A stretch of 48,384 nt of DNA from Clostridia bacterium (GTDB taxonomy: Bacteria; Bacillota; Clostridia; Oscillospirales; CAG-272). Within the stretch, counting starts at the first letter, position 1, and every line of letters begins with the position of its first letter. The DNA is taken from positions 1 through 48,384 of the forward strand of contig JAFTLK010000358.1 of assembly GCA_017455975.1 (NCBI GenBank). Direction: 5' to 3'. This document shows, one piece after another, positions 19,273 to 26,759 of this stretch. The notes beneath the pieces are model-generated. The model saw only the letters and a program-made list of their open reading frames with translations, searched no databases and was not told the origin of the DNA. Position numbers and translations under genes: made by a program.

Positions 19273-19343
19273 CGGTCACGCAGCAGCAGCCATACAGTGA
19301 CCGCTGCGCCGCAGCCGTCACCGCACGACTATCATAAATCAAA

Positions 19344-19386
19344 ATCCCCCTTTACACCGTAATCAAAACGGATGCAAAGGGGGTTA
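19344..19386. terminator. Terminator between uxaA and the convergent isomerase gene
   Basis: CCCCCTTT...AAAGGGGG stem with an imperfect inner stem and an A-tract on the left. Confidence 0.6.
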
Positions 19387-19396
19387 TCCGGTTCTG

Positions 19397-19966
19397 TTAT
19401 TCCGGCTTTGTTTCGAGCTTCAGCGGGTAATCGCCGAGATGCTCCATCTTGAAGCCGTTTGCCTTGTATGCTTCGTAGTCGAACGCATCAAGCTCATCCA
19501 TTGCCAGCTTGTGGAACTCATAGAAATTGTACCACCATTCGTAGCCGGAACCGAGCTCTGCATTCAGATACGCATCGGCGATGTCACAGCCCATCTGCGG
19601 TGCGACATAGAACGCACCCATGGCGAGCACGTTGACACCGTTGCCTGTGATCGCACGCAGTGCGGCGGGAACACTTTCGACAACACCGGCATGGACACGC
19701 GGACACTTCGATGCGGCAATATGGATACCCATACCGGTACCGCAGAACAGCAATGCACGTTCAAAATTTCCCTCGGAGATCTGTGCACCGACGCGCAGAC
19801 CCACACGGTGGAACATGTTCTCGGTATCCTCGACATTGGGATCGGTCACACCGAGGTCGGTGATCTTCCAGCCCTTTGCACGCAGATGCGCACATACCGC
19901 TTCCTTCAGCGGATAGCCTGCAAAGTCAGCACCGACGACCAGATATTTGTCTTTGACAGTTTTCAT
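19397..19966 (-). CDS. RpiB/LacA/LacB-family sugar isomerase (divergent)
   Basis: GADFAGYPLK, LFCGTGMG and NVLAMGA; GAGG RBS before ATG 19966. Confidence 0.85.
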   Translation of the reverse strand: MKTVKDKYLVVGADFAGYPLKEAVCAHLRAKGWKITDLGVTDPNVEDTENMFHRVGLRVGAQISEGNFERALLFCGTGMGIHIAASKCPRVHAGVVESVPAALRAITGNGVNVLAMGAFYVAPQMGCDIADAYLNAELGSGYEWWYNFYEFHKLAMDELDAFDYEAYKANGFKMEHLGDYPLKLETKPE

Positions 19967-20024
19967 AAGTATACCTCTTTTCCTGTTTGAATGACGATCA
20001 TGTTTGGATTTCTCCGTTGTGCTC

Positions 20025-20053
20025 ATTATATCACACACCTCCGACTTTGTCAA
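20025..20053 (-). promoter_or_regulatory. Consensus sigma-A promoter for the RpiB-like gene
   Basis: Minus strand TTGACA-17bp-TATAAT with extended TG. Confidence 0.8.
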
Positions 20054-20096
20054 GTACAGACAATCACGTATTTCTTATCCGACAGACAATATTCCC

Positions 20097-20125
20097 TTGA
20101 CAATTTTCTTTCGCCGCGTTATAAT
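20097..20125 (+). promoter_or_regulatory. Consensus sigma-A promoter with no downstream gene (orphaned by IS1182)
   Basis: TTGACA-17bp-TATAAT. About 80 nt later the IS1182 end begins at an RBS-like GAAAAGG. Confidence 0.7.
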
Positions 20126-20208
20126 AAACTCTCTGTCCGAGATAAGTATTGGTGTGTATAACTGACCTTTTTATTCATTTTCTATGAATGCTCATAAGCA
20201 AATGAAAA

Positions 20209-22024
20209 GGAACTGTTGCAAGTCCCCCCACAAAGGACTTACAACAGTTCCTTCAATTTTTCCGAAAAGAAAACCAACAGTTAGCACAGCAAAACAAGAG
20301 TGATCGAAAAATCACTCTGAAAATGATTATAAAAAGACTCAAACAAGATCAAGCAGCGGAGGAAATCTGGAAAAGATCAGACAAAACGCGGTGATTTTGG
20401 ATGCGATTGCATAGTTTTTGAATATTAAAGGCAAACGCGAGCAGGAAAAACTGCATTTCAATGTTCCGTTTGCCGCGGAAGAGGAATCTGCGGAAGGCAT
20501 AGTCCTGTTTGAGAACGCCGAAGGCACCTTCGACCTGAATGGATCGATTGACGCGGAGCAGAACCACTTCATCGCTGACGATATTGTCAAGAGACTGGCG
20601 CCGGTGCTCTAAAAATTGCTGATTGACCTTGATTTCACGGAAGCCGCGCTTGCTTTTATGGCATTTTCCGAGATGAGAACATCCGGCACAGGTTTCGTTT
20701 CGATAAATGCGGATGTGCGTTTTGTAACCGTTCGCGGTAATTTTGGTTTCTTCCCGACAAAAGCGCAGAATCTCGCCATTTTCGCAGATAAAGCAGTCGG
20801 ATTCTTCGTCATACTGCATGTGTTCAATGCTGTATTTGTCAGCCTTATACGCGCGTGTTTTGCTGATTTCGTAGTTTGTCGGCTTGATGAAGGATTTCTG
20901 TCCGTGTTCTTCCAGATACTGATAATTCTCGGAGCTTTCATATCCCGCATCGGCGATGATCTGTTCCATTCTTCTGCCGGTGTGACTGTGAAACCGCTCC
21001 AAAAACGGAATCAGGGTCTGTACGTCGGTGCAGTTGGAGAAAGCACCGCAGGCAACGATGTATTCGCTTTCCACACCGATCTGGATGTTATATCCGGGCT
21101 TGAGCTGACCGTTGCGCATATAGTCATCCTTCATACGCATAAAGGTCGCGTCGGTATCGGTTTTGGAATAGCTGTTACGGTACTTCATTTTGCCGAGATG
21201 TCCCAGATATTCAGCTTTTTTTGTGAGAAAACCGCCGAGAAGCTCAATATCCTTTTGCAGCTGTGTCTTCCTTTTGCCGCTGCCGTGCACAAATTCCAGA
21301 CCTGTTATGGCGGTATGGCTGTAAAGAGCCTCATATGCGTCCTCAATCGTGACGCACGAGACCATTCCGTAACGCTCTGCTATGACCGGAAGCTGCCCCT
21401 CGATCTTAGCGGTCAGTTTTTTCAGATTCTTTTCGACGGCTTTTTTCCATACAAAGGTATACCGATTGGCATAAGCTTCTAACTTTGTTCCGTCCACGAA
21501 CATATTCTTAAACTTTACTTCTCCGAGCACACACAGCCGATCTACCAGCTGATAGAACAGATCCTCGATCACATCTGCCAAACGCTTATCTAAAAAACGA
21601 TCGATCGTACTGTGATCCGGTACCGGTTCTCCCTGCAGAATCCACATAAACCGGATGTCTGTCCGACAGGCTTCCTCGATCTGTCGGGTGGAGAACCGTC
21701 TCTGCATATAACCAAACACGACCAACTCAAATAAGGTTTCCGGACTGACCTTCCGCCATCTTCGGACATATCTCTTGTACAGTTCGGTGTAATCCAGCTC
21801 CTCGCAGATTTCTATCAATTTCCGCACAGGATCGTTCTCCGCGATTTTTACTCCCAATTCCATCGGTAATACCAGTTGACTTCTGTCTCTCATTGTGGTA
21901 TAATATCCTCGCTTTCTTGTTGATGATGTTTAGCGATTTTATTATACACGAAAGCAGCGAACCGTTCAATACCTTTCGGTAAAGAACGGTTCGTCTTTTT
22001 TATGGGGCTTAATGCGACAGCCCC
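20209..22024 (-). mobile_element. IS1182-family insertion sequence
   Basis: Imperfect terminal IRs GGAACTGTTGCA (20209-20220) and GGGGCTGTCGCA (minus strand, 22024-22013), 9/12 matching. Subterminal hairpins at both ends. The left end cuts a coding sequence. No target duplication is visible. Confidence 0.85.
20349..21893 (-). CDS. IS1182-family DDE transposase
   Basis: STRQIEEACRTDIRFMW, PDHSTI, FVDGTK, SKTDTDATFMRMK, PGYNIQ, IADAGY and RSIQVEGAFGVLK; uninterrupted 514 aa. Confidence 0.95.
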   Translation of the reverse strand: MRDRSQLVLPMELGVKIAENDPVRKLIEICEELDYTELYKRYVRRWRKVSPETLFELVVFGYMQRRFSTRQIEEACRTDIRFMWILQGEPVPDHSTIDRFLDKRLADVIEDLFYQLVDRLCVLGEVKFKNMFVDGTKLEAYANRYTFVWKKAVEKNLKKLTAKIEGQLPVIAERYGMVSCVTIEDAYEALYSHTAITGLEFVHGSGKRKTQLQKDIELLGGFLTKKAEYLGHLGKMKYRNSYSKTDTDATFMRMKDDYMRNGQLKPGYNIQIGVESEYIVACGAFSNCTDVQTLIPFLERFHSHTGRRMEQIIADAGYESSENYQYLEEHGQKSFIKPTNYEISKTRAYKADKYSIEHMQYDEESDCFICENGEILRFCREETKITANGYKTHIRIYRNETCAGCSHLGKCHKSKRGFREIKVNQQFLEHRRQSLDNIVSDEVVLLRVNRSIQVEGAFGVLKQDYAFRRFLFRGKRNIEMQFFLLAFAFNIQKLCNRIQNHRVLSDLFQISSAA

Positions 22025-22895
22025 TATCCCTCATAGAAACCGAGGTCAGCGGAATCGCGTTCCAATTAAAATGCTCTTGAGATTTAAGCAGTTCCAATAG
22101 CCTTTTCTGACGCTCATCACTTGCTATCTTCATTCTCAACGGGAAAAAGGTTGATGCCATCAGGCAATCCGACATTCTCCCTTCTTTTACAAAATACGGG
22201 AAATAAGCGCCCCTTTCCTCGTTCCATAAATATTGATTGATGCTTTGCTTCAGACGATTTTTTCTACACTCAATTTCTTCCGCATCATTTGTTTTTCCAA
22301 ACTCAAGTGCAAGTAATCCCGTATAATGACATCCAACGTAAACCTCAACGTTGGTATCCACGGGAGCATATTCTCCCGCATAACCGAGATGCGGAATGAA
22401 GGTCTCCTCAAAAACTGCAGTGATAAGTCCTGTATTTGAATCCTGACGGTTGAAAAACCACCAATCCAAATATTTTTTTAACATATCATAGGTTGCCAGC
22501 TTCAGCTTTTCGTCGGTTGAACCTTGTATCACATGATAGGCAACATCAAATAGCTTTGGCAACGAAGAAACGTTTTCGGTCTGTTGAGGGAAATTTTCTC
22601 CGGCAACCTTGCCGGGCAACACATCAGCCCCCCAAAGGCATATCCGTCCGTCATCCTTTTGCGACTCAATAAAATTCCAAAGAGATGTCTCCGCAAATTC
22701 TCGATTAATCCATTTATATCCACACAAAGCCAAGGAAGAGTCCAACTGCCACCACTGCTTTCCGTATGCCCCTCCCGGTGAAAAATAAGGATAGTTAAAT
22801 CCGTATTTTTGAGCGTGATCCTGTTTGCACGCTTCAAGACACTCTATTGCATATTCCAAATCACTTTGTTGTAGAAATGAAGATTTGATTTCCAT
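22025..22895 (-). pseudogene. (alpha/alpha)6-barrel glycoside hydrolase (MGH1/GH63/trehalase-like), C-terminally truncated by IS1182
   Basis: PGGAYGKQWWQLDS, APVDTN, LWNEERGAYF and PLTSVS. The frame then runs into the IS end (RGCRIKP...). GAGGTG RBS before ATG 22895. Confidence 0.75.
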
Positions 22896-22945
22896 ACAGC
22901 ACCTCATTTTTTGTTGTCTATTGGTATAACTATAGTATATTTCTT

Positions 22946-22976
22946 CGCAAATTGCAATAGCAAGTTGCAATTTGCG
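22946..22976. promoter_or_regulatory. Perfect palindromic operator candidate
   Basis: CGCAAATTGCAA-N7-TTGCAATTTGCG between the divergent GH and XRE/S24 genes. Confidence 0.65.
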
Positions 22977-23014
22977 TCTGTTTATTTTTTCATCATGATA
23001 ATAGTGGCATATTT

Positions 23015-23728
23015 ATGAAAACTTTTGCTGAAAATCTAAAACACGCCAGAATCGAGCGTGGTCTTTCACAGGAACAGCTTGCTAAACTGATCGGAGTAAA
23101 ATCAGGTTCGGTTATATATAACTGGGAAAGCTGCACATCGAGACCCGATATTGATAAGATTTTCAAAATTTACGAAGTGCTTCAAATCTCAGCGAACTAT
23201 CTGTTCAATACGTCCGATGACTATCCCTCCACTGAGGAAATGAGTGTCATAAAAAAATACCGCACGCTTGATACATTCGGACGGGATGCGGTAGATACTA
23301 TTTTGAATATCGAATATGAGCGCATTATGGCTGCTGTGCCTAAAAAGAAGAAAACACGTATGCTGAAGATCAAATTTTACAGTGATCCCACTTCTGCCGG
23401 TACCGATAATTTCCTCGTTGAAACCATTCCGGATGAAATCTGGGTCAAAGAGACAGAGGAAGCAGAACGTGCCGATTTTGTCATTCCTATCCGGGGCAAC
23501 AGTATGGAGCCGACATTTTATGACGAAAGCTATATATTCGTTGAAAAGACAGAAAGTGTGGATATTGGCGAAATCGGTATCTTTGTCGTCAACGGTGAGG
23601 TGTTCATCAAAGAATTTGGAAACAACTGCCTGATTTCGCACAACAGGGAATACAGACCAAGAAAGATCGCTGCAGACGACAGTGTGTACTGCTGCGGCAG
23701 AGTGATTGGCATTGTGGATGAAACATAA
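23015..23728 (+). CDS. XRE-HTH + S24 peptidase repressor (LexA/phage CI-like)
   Basis: N-terminal HTH GLSQEQLAKLIGV...NWES; C-terminal IRGNSMEPT (catalytic Ser), FIKEF (Lys), LISHN and CGRVIG. Confidence 0.9.
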   Translation: MKTFAENLKHARIERGLSQEQLAKLIGVKSGSVIYNWESCTSRPDIDKIFKIYEVLQISANYLFNTSDDYPSTEEMSVIKKYRTLDTFGRDAVDTILNIEYERIMAAVPKKKKTRMLKIKFYSDPTSAGTDNFLVETIPDEIWVKETEEAERADFVIPIRGNSMEPTFYDESYIFVEKTESVDIGEIGIFVVNGEVFIKEFGNNCLISHNREYRPRKIAADDSVYCCGRVIGIVDET

Positions 23729-23885
23729 ACTAAATATTATTTATTGTTATTTGCTTTTTTGATCATATAAAGTCGAATTTATTTCAAATTTCATATACTT
23801 TTTACTTGTATACTTGAATTTTATATTGATTTCCAAGACTTTTTCTGGTATAATATATATGCATATGAAAAAAGGAGGAACAATT

Positions 23886-25085
23886 ATGATTATCAGACCG
23901 GATTATATCAACGCAATCACGCCATATATCGATACACCGCTGGTAAAGATTCTGGCTGGTGTACGCCGCTGCGGGAAATCTACGATTCTTGAAATGATGA
24001 AAGAAGAATTGATCCGCCGCGGTATCAAAAAAGAAAATATTATCTTCCGAAAATACAACGAAATGGAAATCGATGATGGCTTTTCAGCAAAAGATATGTA
24101 CGATGAACTCAAGGGTATCATCATTGGAAAAGGAAGATGTTATCTGCTTCTTGATGAGTTACAGGAAATCGATGGCTGGGAAAAAGCAATCAACAGTCTT
24201 CTGGAAGGTGAAGACGTTGATATCTATGTCACAGGCTCCAATTCCAAACTGATGTCAAGCGAAATATCCACATATCTGACCGGACGCTACGTTTCTATTC
24301 CGGTATATACACTTTCATTCAAAGAATATTTGCAATTCAAATCGAAAACTCAGGATGAAGCAATATCCGCCTTTGATGAGTATTTGAAATTCGGTGGATT
24401 TCCTATCATTGGTATCAGCAATTTCGATACCAACTCTGCATACCAGGTTGTGGAGGGAATTTATGCCGCGGTCATCACCAGAGATATTTCAAAACGCCAT
24501 AAAATCCGCAACAAGGAACTTTTTGACCGTGTTGTACGTTTCATCATTGAAAACGTAGGAATGACATTTTCCGCGAATTCCATCGTAAAATTCTTGAAAA
24601 ACGAACACCGCAGCATTTCCGTTGAAACCATATACAATTATTTGAAATGGCTTGCGGATGCCTTCATAATCTATCCTTGTCACCGATATGATTTGCAGGG
24701 AAAATCCGTGCTGAAAACACAGGAAAAATATTATCTTTCCGATATATCCTTCAGATACAGCAAGATGGGTTTTGATCGCAAGATGATCTCTGCCATGTTG
24801 GAAAACATTGTGTATCTCGAAATGAGACGTCGAGGGTATGATGTCTATATCGGAAAGAATGGAACCAAGGAAATCGATTTTGTCGGTGTTCGCAGAGATG
24901 AAAAAATATATATTCAGGTCTGTGTAGAACTTCCTGTTGAATCCACCCGTGAAACCGACAACCTGATGGAAATCCGCGATCATTACCGCAAGTATGTCGT
25001 CTGCCGTGATGATCTGGCAATCGGTAATGATAACGGAATCGAAATCGTTCATATTGCTGATTTCCTTTTACGTGAGAATTGGTGA
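23886..25085 (+). CDS. AAA_14 ATPase with DUF4143 C-terminal domain
   Basis: GVRRCGKS Walker A, LLDELQ Walker B, YVTGSNS, GGFP, KYYLSD, LENIVYLE and EIDFV; GGAGG RBS before ATG 23886. Confidence 0.9.
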   Translation: MIIRPDYINAITPYIDTPLVKILAGVRRCGKSTILEMMKEELIRRGIKKENIIFRKYNEMEIDDGFSAKDMYDELKGIIIGKGRCYLLLDELQEIDGWEKAINSLLEGEDVDIYVTGSNSKLMSSEISTYLTGRYVSIPVYTLSFKEYLQFKSKTQDEAISAFDEYLKFGGFPIIGISNFDTNSAYQVVEGIYAAVITRDISKRHKIRNKELFDRVVRFIIENVGMTFSANSIVKFLKNEHRSISVETIYNYLKWLADAFIIYPCHRYDLQGKSVLKTQEKYYLSDISFRYSKMGFDRKMISAMLENIVYLEMRRRGYDVYIGKNGTKEIDFVGVRRDEKIYIQVCVELPVESTRETDNLMEIRDHYRKYVVCRDDLAIGNDNGIEIVHIADFLLRENW

Positions 25086-25126
25086 TGATCTATAAGGAAC
25101 ACGGACCGAGAACAATCAATTCCTAT

Positions 25127-25215
25127 GACCGTGTTTACTATTGGGCATCAAAGTCCATATCGACATTAACGATAACCGTCTTACGATTACTTCTTCCCGG
25201 TGGTATGGTAAACAA
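25127..25215 (+). pseudogene. Small remnant of a RecG-C/HATPase_c_4-type ATP-binding regulator
   Basis: Translates LGIKVHIDINDNRLTITS, then after a 1-nt shift PGGMV, resembling the VHIDIYDDRLEIxSPGG motif from memory. Confidence 0.4.
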
Positions 25216-25225
25216 CACACAGAAC

Positions 25226-25307
25226 TACACATGAAAGCAGCGAACCGCTCAATACCTTTCGGTAAAGAACGGTTCGTCTTTTTTATAAGGCTTAATGTGA
25301 CAGCTCC
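25226..25307 (-). repeat. Isolated second copy of the IS1182 left end
   Basis: About 80 nt nearly identical to 21945-22024, in the same orientation (GAAAGCAGCGAACCG.TCAATACCTTTCGGTAAAGAACGGTTCGTCTTTTTTAT..GGCTTAATG.GACAGC.CC). No transposase follows. Confidence 0.9.
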
Positions 25308-25379
25308 ATGTATTAGGATGAATGTCCACGGATGGAATTACTTCATTGTAAGCACTAAAGATGTCCTTTCCTATCAAAA

Positions 25380-25592
25380 TTATGATGGATTGTCTCTTTC
25401 TCTTTTTAAATTATAATCTGTCGGAATTGACTTCATATGATTATGCATCGTTGAAAATGCTGTTACCATCACTGTATTATCACCGGATACAAAGTATTCG
25501 GTGATATCTATCAGATAGGGTGGAGCCAGAGCTACCCCTGCTTGCGAGAGAACAGTAAACATTCTGGAAAATTGACGATTGGAAACTATCAA
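25380..25592 (-). pseudogene. Possible C-terminal beta-sandwich remnant of a glycoside hydrolase
   Basis: APPYLIDITEYFVSGDNTVMVT resembles the PYxxDITxxLxxGxNxLxV motif of GH2/GH106-type C-termini. No good start or RBS. Confidence 0.4.
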
Positions 25593-25720
25593 TATGGAAC
25601 GAAATAAAAATTTTCAAAGTATCGCGTGCTGCCAAACGATGTTTGAAGGACCGATGACCTCTTCTTTTGGCATCGGTATTACTGATTTTAATGATTCCTT
25701 TGATGTGTGTAAATCAGCTC

Positions 25721-26569
25721 CTAATGTTTTCTATACCTCTCCCGATATTCCCCCGGCGGACAACCGGCGCATCGGTGAAACTGTTCATAAAACCGTTTCG
25801 CCTGCGTAAAACCTACAGATGCCCAGATCTCACTCACGGAAAGATCGGTCGTTAAAAGCAGTTCCTTCGCCGCTCCGATACGCAGATCGGTCATGTAGGA
25901 AAGAAAGGTCATACCTGTTTTCTGACGGAAAATACGGCAGAAATACGATTTTGTCACGTGCATATATGCCGCTGCATCCTCAAGTGTGACTGTCTGATAC
26001 CGATCGGAAAGAAAACGGAACAATTCTCCCCATCGGCGCACCTCCTGTTCACCGAGATATCCGATCCGCTTCAGAAAAATCAGAAGCAGATGCAGATAAT
26101 ACTTCGCGGCATCCTGACAGTACGGCTTTTTCTTTACACACTCCTTTTGCAGCATCGATAATATCGTTTCAAAATCTGCCTGTTCTTCCTCTGACAAATG
26201 AATGACCGTACCGCCAAGCGGATTCTGCTCTATCGATACCGACTGATCCCGCAGGGCTTCGGGACGGAAACAGCAGTTGACAACATCCATGCCCCGCAAG
26301 GAATCATATTGGTGGGAATCCTGTAAACGGAAAAAGATGACATCGCCTTTTTTGACAACATAGGTACAGCCGTTGATCCATTGGATCCCGCCGCCCGCCG
26401 CAATGTATTCCAGTTCATAATAATCATGCTGGTGTACCGTCTCATCCAGCGAAGAACGGTGCAGATTGTCGGTGGTTACAGCAATTCCGTCTGCTTCAAA
26501 AAAATTGTCATAGGCGGACAGTGTCCGATACCGGATCAGTCTGACGCCGTTACGTATCTCCTCTTTCAT
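25721..26569 (-). CDS. AraC-family transcriptional regulator (cupin + double HTH)
   Basis: HQHDYYELEY cupin; TLEDAAAYMHVTKSYFCRIF and VGFTQAKRFYEQF...PGEYR. Confidence 0.93.
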   Translation of the reverse strand: MKEEIRNGVRLIRYRTLSAYDNFFEADGIAVTTDNLHRSSLDETVHQHDYYELEYIAAGGGIQWINGCTYVVKKGDVIFFRLQDSHQYDSLRGMDVVNCCFRPEALRDQSVSIEQNPLGGTVIHLSEEEQADFETILSMLQKECVKKKPYCQDAAKYYLHLLLIFLKRIGYLGEQEVRRWGELFRFLSDRYQTVTLEDAAAYMHVTKSYFCRIFRQKTGMTFLSYMTDLRIGAAKELLLTTDLSVSEIWASVGFTQAKRFYEQFHRCAGCPPGEYRERYRKH

Positions 26570-26759
26570 ATCCATCCCGCCTTTCTGCTGATATTGTAAC
26601 ACACCTGATATCAGAATGCAATACTTTTTGGGTAAGAGTTCAGAATATCGATAATTTCGGACAATATTGACCAAAGATGGGTCAATATCCACTATTGTGG
26701 TGTCCGCCAATCTGTGATATAATACTGTCAGTAATTAAAAACAAGGAGCAATACGTCAC

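Noticed and set aside
19269-19321. GTGACGG...CCGTCAC structure after uxaA as a REP element or sRNA
   Set aside because: Single copy in the window and an imperfect stem. It cannot be told apart from an mRNA-stabilising hairpin.
23015-25085. Prophage, suggested by the CI-like repressor
   Set aside because: No integrase, replication, structural or lysis genes are present.
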